This document shows positions 1-12,784 of a DNA stretch of 64,000 bases, one piece after another. The stretch comes from Chiloscyllium plagiosum. Lineage: Eukaryota. The DNA lies in contig NC_057718.1 of NCBI RefSeq assembly GCF_004010195.1, positions 80,238,116 through 80,302,115 on the forward strand, in the 5' to 3' direction. Each line of letters begins with the position of its first letter. Position 1 is the first letter of the stretch. Below the pieces are notes generated by a model that saw nothing but the letters and a program-made list of their open reading frames with translations, was not told the origin of the DNA and did not search any database. The position numbers and the translations under genes are program-made.

Positions 1-2720
1 GGTGAGGACCAGTTCAGCCAAACAAATAAGAGTGTCAGTGGAAGGATACTAGTGGAGGCGTCACGAGAGGAAGAAATGGAGAGCTCGGAGGCCCTAGTCA
101 TGGCGGATGGAGGTATAGAGGGACTGGATGTCCATGTTTAAGATGAGGCATTGGGGGCCAGGCAAATGGAAGTCTTCGAGGAAGTGGAGGGCATGGATGG
201 CATCCCGAATGTATGCGGGGAGTTCCTGGACCGGAGGGGAGAGAAGGGGTTCTATCCTTGTTGCGGCTGGAGCGGTGGGGTTCAAGGGCGGACGTGTGGG
301 TAGTGGCGGAGATGCACTGGAGGACATTTTTGATCATGTGGGAGGGGAAATTGCAGTTCTTGAAATAGTAGGACATTTGGGATGTCCTAGAGTGGATTTG
401 GTCCTCCTGGAAGCAGATACGACAAAGACAGGAGAATTAGGAGTAAAGAATTTCCTTTTTCCAGGAAGGAAAGCAGGAGGAAGTATAGTCAAGGTAGCTG
501 TTCCACGTGGAACAGTCCCTCTTCCAGAGTTACACGGGCATCATTTCTTCCTTTTCCTCTGCTGCATTGATGACTGTGTCGGCGCCTACAAGGAGGTTGA
601 AGTGTTCATCAACTTCACCAACACCTTCTTCTCTGACCTCAAGTTCTTCAGCACATCCATCCCCTTCCTCGACCTCTCAGTCTCTTTCTCCAGCGACTGA
701 CTCGACACAAACATTTACTTCAAACCCACTGGCTTTCACAACTGCCTTGACAGCACCTCCTCCCACCCCTAAGCTCCCCAAATCATGGTAAAAGTGTAAT
801 CCTTACATCTAAATCCTTCATCTCATCTGTATCTGCTCCCAGGAGCAGCAATTCCACTCGAGTACATTCCTTCTATTTCATGGACAGCAATCCCCCCTCC
901 CACGTGGTCAACAATGCCCACTAGTGCATCTCTCCATTTCCAGCTCCTCCGCCTTTGAACCCCACTCCTCTAACCACAACAGGGATGAAGAACCACCCCC
1001 CCAATCTTCACTTTCCACCTATGAATCTCCAGATATAGTGCATCATCCTCCGCCATTTTCACCACCTACAGTCAGACTGCACAACCAAACACACATTTCC
1101 CACCTCTATCTGCGTGCCACAGAGACCATTCCCTCTGCGACTCCCTTGCTAGGTTCACGGACACAGTAGGTGGTATGTGTGGAAGTGCAGATAAATCTCT
1201 GTCGGATGTGGAAGGATCCTTTGGGGCCTTGGATGGAGGTAAGGAGGAAGGTCTGAGCACAGGTTTTGCACTTGTTGCAGAGGCAGGGGAATGTGCCAAG
1301 AGTGCAGAGTGGGTTGGAAGGGTCATGGACCTAACAAGGGAGTTGTGGAGGGAATGGTCTCTCCGAAATGCAGATGGGGTTGGAGAGGGAATTATATCCC
1401 TGGTGGTGGGGTCTGTTTGTAGGTGGCGGAAATGGCGGAGGATGATGTGATGTATCAGGAGTGGGATGGAAGGTGAGGACTGGGACGTTCTGTTCTTATC
1501 GCAATTGGACAGGTGGGGTTCAAGGGCGGAGGTGCAGGAAGTGGAGAAGATGCACTGGAGGGCATCATCGACCATGTGGGAGGGGAAAGTGCAGTTTTTG
1601 AAGGAGGCCATCTGGGATATTCTATGGTGGAATTTGTCCTCCTGGGACCAGATGCGGCAGAGGTGGATGAATTGGGAATACGGGATAGCAATTTTACAGG
1701 AGGCAGGATGGGCGGAGGTGTAGTCTAGGTAGCTGAGGGAGTCAGTGTGTTTGTAGTAGATGTCCATGTTGAGTCGGTCGCCAGAAGTGGAGATGGAGGT
1801 GTCCAGGAAGTGGAGGGAGGTGTCCGAGATGACCCAGGTGAACTTGAGGTCGGGGTGGAAGGTGTTTGTGAAGTTGATGAACTGTTCCACCTCCTCTTGG
1901 GAGCACAAGGTGGCACTGATGCAGTCATCAATGTAGTGGAACAAGAGGTGGGAAATGGTGCCAGTGTAGCTGCGGAAGATGGACTGTTCGACATACCCAA
2001 AGAGGCAGACATAGCTGGGGCCCATGCTGGTGCCCATGGCTACCCCTTTGGTCTGGAGGAAGTGGGAGAATTCGAAGGAGAAATTATTGCTGGTGAGGAC
2101 CAGTTCTGTCAATCGAATGAGAATGTCAGTGGCAGGGTACTGGTTGGGTTGGCGTGAGAAGAAGAAACAGAGGGCTCGGAGGCCTGCATCATGGTGGATG
2201 TGTACAGGGACTGGATGTCCACGGTGAAGATGAGGCATTGGGGGCCAGGGAAACAGGGAGGAGGTAGAGGGGGTGGATGGTGTCCTGAATGTAGGTGGGG
2301 AGTTCCTGGACCAAGGAGAACAGGATGGTGTCAAGGTAAGCAGAGACAAGTTCAGTGGGGCAGGAGCAAGCAGAGATGATGGGTTGACCAGGGCAGTCAG
2401 GTTTGTGAATTTTGGGTATGAGGTAGAACTGGGCAGTGTGGGGTTCCCGGACTATGAGGTTGGAGGCTGTGGATGGAGATCCCCTGAGGTGGTGAAGTTG
2501 TGGATGATCTGGGAGATGATGGTTTGGTCTTCAGAGGTGAGGTCGTGGTCAAGGGGGCAGTAGGAGGAGTTGGTGCCTGGCTTCAGTGGTGTAGAGGTCA
2601 TTGCGCCAAACTATCACTATGCCCCAACCTGTGGTGATGAGGTTGTGGATGGTCTGGGAGATGATGGTTTGGTGATGGGAGGTGAGGTCATGGTCGATGG
2701 GGGCAGGAGGAGGAGGAGGT
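1..2720. mobile_element. Cluster of rearranged Penelope-like element fragments (about 1-495 minus, 500-1160 plus, 1165-2720 minus)
   Basis: PLE reverse transcriptase motifs MDIQSLYTSI, QTKGVAMGTSMGPSY, FHYIDD, FHPDLKFT, FLD, YKHTDSLSYLDYTSAHP in ORF 1072-2349 and neighbours. Confidence 0.9.
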
Positions 2721-2789
2721 GTCTGCACGGTCCCTGTGGTACGCCTTTTGACACTGGCCTCCGAAGGCACCCTCGGAGGCACCCTCTCC

Positions 2790-5040
2790 GAAGCGTCCAC
2801 ATCCTGTTGGTAATGTGGCGACCAGAACCGTACACAGTATTCTAAATGCGGTCGAACCAAAGTCTTGTACAAATTTAACATAACCTGCCATCTCTTATGC
2901 TCAATACCCCATCCGATGAAGGCAAGCATACCATGTGCCTTCTTGACCACTCTATCCACTTGTGCAGCCAATTCAGGATACAATGGACCTGAACTCCCAG
3001 ATCTCTCTGCTCATCAACTTTTCCCAAGGCTCCTCTGTTTACAGTATAGTTCACTCTAGAATTAGACTTCCCAAAGTGCATCACCTCACATTTGCCTGGA
3101 TTGAACTCCATCTGCCACTTCTCCGCCCAACTCTCTACTGTATCTATATTCTCCTGTATTCTTTAACAGTCCTCTATGCTTTCTGCTAATCCACCAATCT
3201 TCATGTCAACTGCAAACTTATTGATCACACCAACAATGCCCTCTTCCAGATCATTTATGTATATTACAAATAATAGTGGCCCCAGCACTGATCCTTGTGG
3301 TACACCACTGGTCACCTTTCTGCATTTTGAGAAACTTCCTTCAACTACTACTCTGTCTCCTGTTGCTCAACCAGTTCTTTTCCCACCAAGCTATAATACT
3401 CTGCACACCATGTGACTTCACTTTCTCCATTAGTTGACCATGGGGAACCTTATCAAACGCCTTACTAAAGTCCGTGTTTATGACATCAACAGCCCTTCCT
3501 TCATCTATCAACTTGGTCACTTCCTCAAAGAACTCTAAGTGGTAAGGCAGGATCTACCCTGCACAAAACCATGTTGCCTATCACTGATAAGCCCATTCTT
3601 TTCCAAATATAAATAGCTTTTATCCCTCAATACCTTCTCCAGCAACTTTCCCACCATTGACGTCAGGCTCACTGGTCTGTAGTTACCTGGAATATTCCTA
3701 CTACCCTTCTTATACAGGGGACAAGATGAGCAACTCTCCAGTTGTCCAGCACCTCACCTGTGTTTACGGATGCTACAAAGATATCTGTCAGGGCTCCAGC
3801 TATTTCCTCTCTTGCCAATCTCAGCAACCTGGGATAGATCCCATCTGGTCCTGGGGATTGGTCCACTTTAATATGCTTTAGCCTACCCAATACATCTTCC
3901 CTCCTTATGTCAATGTGATCCAGAATAATTAAACTTCTATGTCTAATCTCAGCATTCATCACCTCCCGTTCCTCAGGGAACAGTGATGCAAAGTAATCAT
4001 TAAGAATCTCACCCACTTTTTCAGGTTCGACACACAACCTTCTTTCCTTATCCTTCAGTGGACCAACCCTTTCTCTGGTTACTCTCTTGCTTCTTATCTA
4101 AGAATAAAAGGCCTTGGGATTCTCCTTAATTCTGCTCGCTAAAGTTATTTCATGACCCCTTTTAGCCCACTTGATTCCTCATTTAAGATTGTTCCTACTC
4201 TCCCGATATTCCTCCAAGGCCAGTTCTGTTCTTAGCCGCCTGGACCTTATGTACACTTCCCTTTTCCTCTTGGCTAGTCGCACGATTTCTCCTGTCATCC
4301 ACGGTTTACGAATCTTGTCTTTCCTATCCCTTGTTTCCAAATGGACATGCCTACCCTGCACAATCTTTGAAAGCCTCCCACATATCAAATGCGGACTTTC
4401 CTTCAAATAGCTGTGTCTAATCCACATTTCCCAGTTCCTGCCTAATTTTGATATAATTGGCCTTGGCCCAGTTTAGTACTCATCCCTAAGGACCGCTATC
4501 ATTTTTGTCTACGAGTATTCTAAAACTTAGAATTGTGATCACTATTCCCAAAGAAATCCCCCAGTGCAACTTCTACCATCTGGCCTGGCTAATTCCCCAA
4601 TACCAGGTCCAATATGGCCCCTTCTCTTGTCAGACAATTGACATACAGCTTTAGAAAACTTTCCTGGATGCTCCTTACAAATTCTGCCCGATCCAGATGT
4701 CTGACACTAAGTGTATCCCAGTCAATGTTGGGAAAATTAAAATCTCCCATCACCACCACCCTGTTGCCTCTATATCTTTCCATAATCTGTTTACCTATTT
4801 GTTCTTCTACCTCACGCTCACTGTTGGGAGGTCTGTAATACAGCCCCACCAATGTAACTGCACTCTTTTTATTTCTCAGCTCCACCCAGAACGCCTCACT
4901 GCTCAAGCCCTCCATAAGGTGTCCTCTTTTAGCACAGCCGTGATATCATCCCTGACCAGCAATGCAACTCCTCCCCGTCTTTTACTTACCTCCCAGTCCT
5001 GTCTGAAGCACCTATATTCTGGAACATTTAGTTGCCAATC
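2790..5040 (-). mobile_element. CR1 LINE ORF2 remnant (endonuclease to RT)
   Basis: VVMGDFNFPNIDW, SPGPDGIYPRLL, MEFNPGKCEVMHFG, LVRPHLEYCVRFWSP. Confidence 0.93.
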
Positions 5041-5049
5041 ATGCTCTTC

Positions 5050-5760
5050 CTTCATGATCAAACCTTGCCTCTCCAAGTAGAGATTAATTCTCTCCTTCAG
5101 AATTTTCTCCAATAGTGTTCCTTCCACTGATGTGAGACTCACTTGTTAGTAATTCCCTGGTATATCCCCAACCACCCTTCCTGAAAAGTGGAACCACATT
5201 AGCTGTCCTAAACTGACCCTGTGGCCAGACAGGAATTAAAAATTTGGGCCAGAGCCAGAGTAATTTTTCCCTCATCTCCTACAGCAATCTGGGATACAAC
5301 TCATCCGGACCTGTTGACTTGTCCAAGTTTAAGCCTGCCGAAACCTCCAATACATCCTCCCACCCTATGTCAAACTGCTCAAAAACTCCATGGTCACTGT
5401 TCTCAAATTCTATACCTGCATCCTCCTCCTCAAAAGTGAAGGCAGATGTGAAGCACTGGTTTAACACCCTAGCAATGCCCTCTGGCTCCATGCACAGATT
5501 TCTCGCTTAGTACCTAATGGGTCTTACTCTTTCCCTGGTCATCCTTTTCCCCTTGACATATTTATGGAAGATCTTGGGATTCGCCTTAATCTTATGTGCT
5601 AGTGTTTCTTTCATGCCCCTTTTCAGTCTACTAGCTACTTTTCTGAAGTCCCCCAGACCTTTTATATGCAAATAGGACCTCATTAATTTGCTCCCTTCGA
5701 TCCTTTAAAAACCTTTCTTTTCCTTCTTAATCAGTCCTGAATATTCCTAGACATAACATT
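5050..5760 (-). mobile_element. Second CR1 fragment
   Basis: KSTGPDELYPRLL, ANVVPLFRKG; abrupt junction with previous CR1. Confidence 0.85.
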
Positions 5761-5949
5761 CTGGTATTATGGTCGCTATCTCTAAAAACTGGGATGAGTA
5801 ACTCATCTTCTGTCTCCCCTATGCATATAAACTAAGTGAGACATGAACAAAAATAGAAATTGATGGAAAAGCTCAGCACGTCTGGCAGCATCTGTGAAGA
5901 TAAATCAGAGTTAACATTTCGGGTCCAATGACCCTTAATAAGAACTCAA

Positions 5950-6450
5950 ATGAGAAGTGTGATGGAATACTCTTCACTTAATGCGTGCAGCTCCAGCAAC
6001 ACTCAAGAAGGTCAACAATAACCAGAACAAAGCAGCCTTGAGTGGAATGCGATCCTGCTTCTTCAACATTCACTTCCTTCACACTGATGCACAATGGCAG
6101 CAGTGTCTATCATACACAAGATGGACAGCAGCAACTCACCCAGGTTCTTCCAATAGTGTCTTCCAAATCCATACTATGTAAGGGACAAAGATAGCTTATG
6201 CATAGGAACATCATCTCCTGCAAGTTCCCAACCAAGCCACACTCCATCCTGATTTGGAAATATATTACCATTCTTCACTGTCATGGCACCAGAATCCTGT
6301 AATTACCTTCCCAATAACACTATTAATGTTCCTACCACCCAAGGATGTTAGTAGTTTAAGGCAGCAGCATATCACCTCAACATCTGAGGTAATTATGAAT
6401 GGGCATTGAATGTTGGCCTCACCAGCAATGCCCACATCCATGAACAAATA
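5950..6450 (+). mobile_element. CR1/L2-group LINE 3' end
   Basis: AAPATLKK...QNKA motif; same family as 33915-35665 and 36130-37060. Confidence 0.65.
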
Positions 6451-6845
6451 TCTAAAATTCATTCCATAAACACTTCTGCCAATGTACATGCCTCACCTTC
6501 TTTAATATGTCCTCTAAATTAAATATGTTTTGACAAAGATTTTAGTTACCTCTCCTAACATCGCCATCTTTTTCTTTCCCTAAACCTTTGCGAAACATCT
6601 TCAGATACTTCTCTGCTAAAGCAGCAATAAAGATAAGATGTTGTTGGTAGTGTAATTGGACATAATTTTCACACTACTCATTAGCTGTATTTATCCAGTA
6701 TCCAGACCATTGGGCAGCAGGAAATGGTAAAACATATCATTAGAACAGATTAAACAGGAGCAGGAGTAGACCTTTTGCTTCCTGAGCTTGCTCCTATGTT
6801 CAACGAGATTGTTTTTTCTCAGGATGATGCTGGTGAAGACATTAC

Positions 6846-6997
6846 ATGAAGAAACTTTATGTAACAGCAACAGTTTTACAAGACTTAGTCAGATTGTATC
6901 AATAGTATTTTGAATACACGCATCATCTCAGTTTTCAAAGAGCTCAGTCGACATTTCCCCGTAACCATCCTTTTAAACTCTTGTGAGTCAGTGAACT
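6846..6997 (-). pseudogene. DNHD1-like exon remnant
   Basis: TGTAG|EFTDSQEFKRMVTGKCRLSSLKTEMMRVFKILLIQSD*VL*...|GTAATG. Confidence 0.45.
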
Positions 6998-7129
6998 CTA
7001 CATTGAGGTAAAAGTTTAATATCTCACATGAATAAATTAGTAGGCACAAGGGGTAGATGGTAACAGTAGACACAGCACTCTAAGTACCTGAGAGTGGCAG
7101 GTGAATCTGCCTCTGGAAGTCCCCAAATT

Positions 7130-8210
7130 AGAGTCATAGAGTCACAAATGTACAGCATGGAAACAGACCCTTCGGTCCAACCCATCCATGCTGACCAGAT
7201 ATCCCAACCCAATCTAGTCCCACCTGCCAGCACCCAACCCATATCCCTCCAAACCCTTCCTATTCATATACCCATCCAAATGCCTCTTAAAATGTTGCAA
7301 TTATACCAACCTCCACTATTTCCTCTAGCAGCTCATTCCATACATGTAACCACCCTGTGTGTGAAAAAGTTGGCCCTTAGGTCTCTTTTATATCTTTCCC
7401 CTCTCACCCTAAACCTATGCCCTCTAGTTTTGGACTCCCCAACCCCAGGGGCCTAACCAATGTCCTGTACGGCCGCAACATGACCTCCTAACTCCTGTAC
7501 TCAATACTCTGACCAATAAGGGAAAGCATACCAAACGCCTTCTTCACTATCCTATCTACCTGCGACTCCACTTTCAAGGAGCTATGAACCTGCACTACAA
7601 GGACTCCTTGTTCAGCAACACTCCCTAGGACCTTACCATTAAGTGTATAAGTCCTGCTAAGATTTGCTTTCTCAAAATGCAGCACCTCGCAATTATCTGA
7701 ATTAAACTCCATCTGCCACTTCTTAGTCCATTGGCCCATCTAGTCCAAATCCTGTTGTAATCTGAGGTAACCCTCTTCACTGTCCACTACACCTCCAATT
7801 TTGGTGTCACCTGCAAGCTCACTAAATGTACCTCTTATGCTCACATCCAAATCATTTATGTAAATGACAAAACATAGAGGACCTAGCACCGATCCTTGTG
7901 GCACTCCACTGGTCACAGGCCTCCAGTCTGAAAAACAACCGTCCACCACCATCCTCTTTCTTCTACCTTTGAGCCAGTTCTGTATCCAAATGTTCTCCCT
8001 GTATTCCGTTAGATCTAACCTTGCTAATCAGTCTCCCATGTGGACCCTTGTCAAATGCCTTACTGAAGTCCAAATAGATCACATCTACCGTTCTGCCCTC
8101 ATCAATCCTCTTTGTTACTTCTTCAAAAAACTCAATCAAGTTTGTGAGACAAGGTTTGTCCCCGCACAAAGCCATGTTGACTATCCCGAATCAGTCCTTG
8201 CCTTTCCAAA
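7130..8210 (-). mobile_element. CR1 3' fragment with internal deletion
   Basis: [21 protein letters not shown], short-repeat tail at 7130. Confidence 0.92.
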
Positions 8211-8214
8211 TTAC

Positions 8215-8348
8215 CCAGGAAAACCCAATCATGAAGGCAACCAATCGGAGAAAAGTTTCTCATGTGAACAGAATGGAGGGAAACAGTGAGGAGCCTCTCT
8301 TCCAATCACAGCTGTTTCTTTCCTATACTTGCAACTGCTGATAACTCA
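8215..8348 (-). pseudogene. DNHD1-like exon remnant
   Basis: Long pyrimidine tract CATAG|ELSAVASIGKKQL*LEERLL...HDWVFL G|GTAATT; phase matches next exon. Confidence 0.45.
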
Positions 8349-8389
8349 CTATGAAGATATCAGTAACAAAAGACACAAAGAAAAGGTTA

Positions 8390-8880
8390 TGATTGGAAGA
8401 GCAAAGTGAGTGGTAGCATCAAAGACTCAAAAAAGTGGAGGCAGGAATAGAAAGTGAGGCTGACAGGCAATCGAATGAGACCAGTGTATAAAGCCATTAA
8501 AATCAGGGAGGAAAGCCTGGGTGCAAGGAGAAAAATGAGACTGGGTATGAGTCTGAGGCCCAAGGCTGTGGAGCAAGGCCAAGAATCAGGAGAACAAGTC
8601 CAGGATCTGAGGATGTGGAGCAAAGTCAAAGCATGGGTACGAAAAGGGACATGAGTCAAATTGGGAAGAGAGAAGAGGAGGGTGGAGGGATGAAAGAAGA
8701 GCAGCAAAGTGGAAGTGAGGAGCTGTTAAGGGGAAAGTGAGGAGCTACAAAAGAGACATGAAGGACTGTCAAGGGGTGGCAAGGGTCTGTACAGAAAGAA
8801 GAGGGGCTTCCTAAGAGAAGGAAAGCTGCAAAGGGGAAAGAGAGTCTGAAAGAAGAGAAGAACATTGCAAAGGGGAAAAA
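8390..8880. repeat. Purine-rich low-complexity tract
   Basis: G/A-dominated composition without regular period. Confidence 0.6.
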
Positions 8881-8906
8881 TTATTCAACCTTTTAACAAA
8901 GAAATA

Positions 8907-9182
8907 CTCAACCAACTGAGATAATGAATTCTTTGCAAACTAATGTAAAATCTCGAGCTTGAAGCTGCAGGGTTTAGGAGCTTATTGTACTGGAGGATGA
9001 TATAACGGATGCTCATATAATGAACAGTGTCATGTGTATAATTTAATGTTGAACAGTCTTATTTCATTAAAATTTGTATTGTGTGTCGTCACATCTCGAA
9101 ATGAGTTGAGTGACATTTGAGATGCAGTGGTTGTGTTAGAGACAAATTTTCAACATTTTAGCTATGACCTCACCAATCTGTG
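8907..9182 (-). pseudogene. DNHD1-like exon remnant
   Basis: CTTTTAG|AQIGEVIA, frameshift, NVENLSLTQPLHL...LQLQARDFTLVCKEFIISV. Confidence 0.5.
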
Positions 9183-9221
9183 CTAAAAGCATACTTCGGG
9201 TGATGGCTTTTTGTACATAGC

Positions 9222-9890
9222 AGGTTAGTGAAGAAGGCGTTTGGTGTGCTTGCCATTATTGGTTAGTGCATTGAGCGTCGGAGTTGGAAGGTAACATTGC
9301 AGTCGTACAGGACATTGTTGTTATTTTTTGGAATACTGCATTCAATTCAGGTGCACCTGCTGCTATAGGAGAATGTAGTGAAACTTGGAATGTTTCAGAA
9401 AAGATTTGCAGAGATGTTGCCAGGGTTGGATGGTTTGAGCTATTGGAAGAGGCTGAACAGGCTAGGGCTATTTTTCCTGGAGTGTTGGAGGCTGAGGCTC
9501 TATAAACCTTATAGAGGTTTATAATATAATGAGGGGCATGGATAGGATAAATAGACAAGGTCTTCTCCCTGGGGTGGGAGAGTCCAAAACCAGAGGGCAT
9601 AGGTTTAGGTGAGAGGGCAAAGATTTAAAAGGGACCTGAGCGTCAACATTTTCATGCAGAGGGTGGTCTGTGTATGGATTGAGCTGCCAGAGTAAGTGGT
9701 GGGGGCTGGTAAAATTACAACATTTAAGAGACATCTGGATGGGTACATGAATAGGAAGGGTTTGGAGGGATATGGGCCAAATGCTAGCAAATGTGACTAG
9801 ATTAACTTAGGATTTCTGTTCAGCATAGACTATTTGGACCAAAGGGTCTGTTATCATGCTATACATCTCTATAATTCTATGACTCTATAC
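9222..9890 (+). mobile_element. CR1 3' end
   Basis: Reverse-complement similarity to 7130-7700; tail ctctataattctatgactcta. Confidence 0.9.
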
Positions 9891-10366
9891 GTGTGTCAAT
9901 TTCTTTGTACCACTTTCCCAATGGCCAGCTACATGGCCTTGCAGATTCTTAATAGCAAGTCTTTTCTAGTGTTGAATGATTTTTGTTTGGATATATGGGC
10001 CTGAATTTTCACTTCAGAAATAGTTATGCAAAGTTGGAAAGTTTTCTAGTCTGCTCTATTGGCCTTGGGTGGGAACAAATGCCCAGAATTGTGGGACCTT
10101 CATTCTGGGGGAAGAGAGCATACTGAAGTTAAATTCACCACATCCAGATATAGATTGAAGGTACCCACAGATAACTGCCACATACTGACACATACTGAAA
10201 CCCACCCTGATTCTCTGGGACTTCATCCAACTTCTGTTGTTTAGTATTAGGTCATCTAGCCCTTATCCATCATACACATTTTATCCTACCACCAACCACC
10301 AATTCCCCATCCATGCCAACTCACAGCAACTTGTGTCCCCTACCTCAAAAACCTTGTTGGGTTTAC

Positions 10367-11100
10367 CCCATGTGTGAGTCATGTTCGAGCTTCACTCCTG
10401 CGAAACATTGGATCTGTCAGAAAGGGAGTTGGGGGAGGTGGAATGGAACTTCCAAAGAGGGTCCTGGTGTGATTTTCAATCATGGAAAAATGTGTCTATG
10501 ATGACAAGAAAATCAGGGACAATGTTGATTACAACATCTAGCTGTATGATTGAATCGTCCACCTGGGAAAGCTTGTTCACTTTCTTCTTGGTTGACCAGA
10601 TAGACCTGATGTGTTAATTCAATGAAGTTACTCATTTCTATCCACTACTTTAATCCACACTGTCTTTCTGTCAGGTTCAGTGATGGACAAATTTCAAAAA
10701 CACACCTGTATTTAAACAAATAATTGCAATTAAACAAGTTTGGGCGATCCATGGTGGTAAATTGAGGAGTAATCATTCCAATATTCCTTGCTTCTCAAGG
10801 ATTCTTCGAGCTTACTGTGTTTCTGGGTTGTGGTTCCTTTCATGGAAACAGTAAGCAATACTACAGAACTGCTGTGCCTGTAATACAAGTCTTTGCCATG
10901 CCAATTCCAGGCTTTGTAGTGTTGTAGCTCTGTAGCCCATAGCACAGACTTTCTCTTGGATCCCACCCATGAAGCTGTTCAATCTGGAACCTTACTATGA
11001 CACCCAAATAGCTGTGCAACTTGTCAGTCCAAGGCCAAACCATTTTTCACAGTTTGACCTTAACCAATAATAATCTTGATAACCCCTCTTCTTTCAGATT
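10367..11100 (-). pseudogene. DNHD1-like exon remnants (probably two exons)
   Basis: FMGGIQEKVCAMGYRATTLQSLELAWQRLVLQAQQFCSIAYCFH in the right part; acceptor TACAG| at 10705 and donor GG|GTAAAC at 10367 for the left part. Confidence 0.45.
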
Positions 11101-11720
11101 AAAAAAGATTGTTGTAATTAAGATTACACAAAAATAGTATTTTAAACAGTTTCCAGTACATTACTTCACCTACATTAATTTTTCAAAATAATAAACATTT
11201 TGCAGTTCTATTTATGAGTCCTATCCATTCACTTGGAACGGGGGTCCATGGCAACTAATTTTATTGGGTATTGACTTTTACAGAGCACCCAATTAGCCCT
11301 AGTTCATATATTAAGGCACAATAAAGCAGGAAAATACTGAACAACAAATCCAACTGACCCAGGTAATGTGCCTATTTTCCCTGTAATGGTAGGCTTGCAG
11401 AAAGGAAATTAAATAGGTAATTTCACAAAAATTATTGTAACTGTCAATCAAGTTGATCTCAAAGGCATTAGAATGACCTCTGAAAATCCAGTCTCAAGCA
11501 ATTTACACACATTCAGGACGCAGGCAAATTATGTGCATCATGTTAACAGGAGTTCTAATCGGATACCTTCAACAGCTCATGCAAATTGCAAACTCAATGT
11601 AATGTATCGACCATTGTTGTTTAAATTATCATTGTTAAACTGTATTCTTATTTTTAGTGTTCATTTTGTCTGATCAGGCAATTCAAACCTGGCCCTAAAG
11701 TTGCCCGAAGGTTCTCTTAC

Positions 11721-11817
11721 TGTATTCAGCAGAAACACTCTGAGACAGAGAGTGTAAGTTTCTTCTACTTGATGCAACTGGAGTGGCCTGCCATCAAGGA
11801 AAAACAACATTACTACA
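11721..11817 (-). pseudogene. Probable DNHD1-like small exon
   Basis: Donor ACA|GTAAGA; open frame PLQLHQVEETYTLCLRVFLLNT; acceptor ambiguous (11817, 11812 or 11787). Confidence 0.4.
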
Positions 11818-12420
11818 CTACAGAATCCCATAACAACCATAAAACTGATATGTTTTCTTTGGCAAGGGTTGAATTTTCCTATATAAATAGGGGGATGGTT
11901 TTTGCACCTTTCTTTCTGTTTTAGCAGATTTAATTCAGGTCAATCAATTCCCCTAAATTATAGGAAACAAAAACAGGAATTGCTGGAGAAATTCAGCAGT
12001 TCTGGCAGCATCTTTGGAGTGGGAGCAGAGTTAACATTTCAAATCCAGTAACTCTTCCCTTCAGAACTGAACTTTCAGATTTCCAGCTTCTGCAGTTCTT
12101 GATCTTATTCCCACAAATTATATAATTAGCTTGCACTTTTTAAACAAAGTCGTTATCGAAAGCAAAATGTCAGAAATAGAACTAAATGCAAAACAAATCA
12201 TGTTAATTGTCATGAATCCAGCTGACATTATCATCAGAAAAGTCAAATCCTACACTGAAATCTGGTTTGACAGCTCATATTTTGTTTTTCTTTGATTTTA
12301 ATGAGGTGGTCTTTCCCTAAGACAAAAACATGTATACTGCAGATTCAGTTTTAAAATTAAAACAGAAGTTTAATACACAAAAGAAATGTAAAACAAAAGA
12401 CGACATACTAAACTATTTAC

Positions 12421-12784
12421 ATATAATAAAGTTTAATGATCTTGAAATGTGGGGAAATATGATCCAGCAGCATTCCTTTTGCAGTACTAACATCAGAGAG
12501 AATTTCCTTCTCTATCACATCTATAGGGCTTCCCTTAGCAGGTGCTTCAATACTTGATCATAAGAATCTGATGTCCTTTTCCTTGAATCTTCAAAACAAC
12601 AAAGTTTCGACTTCTCAGCTTTCAATAACCCATTCAGGGTTTTAACCCAGCACATCTGGTTTGGAAGTTTCAAACTAAACTGATTGCACTGAGGTAACAT
12701 ATTTCTCAACAGTTCTAAACTATCCCCTGCCATCAGAAGCATTTGATGTACACATCCAGTTTCAGCCAAGATTTCTACAAAAAC
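12421..12784 (-). pseudogene. DNHD1-like exon remnant
   Basis: TTTTGTTTTCAG|VFVEILAETGCVHQMLL...NQMCWVKTLNGLLKAE..., frameshift, DVIEKEILSDVSTAKGMLLDHISPHFKII; donor GTAAAT. Confidence 0.6.

Noticed and set aside
1072..2349. 425-aa ORF as a functional gene
   Set aside because: Penelope RT with frameshifted ends and an altered catalytic region, truncated before a complete endonuclease; overlapping plus-strand ORFs are antisense shadows.
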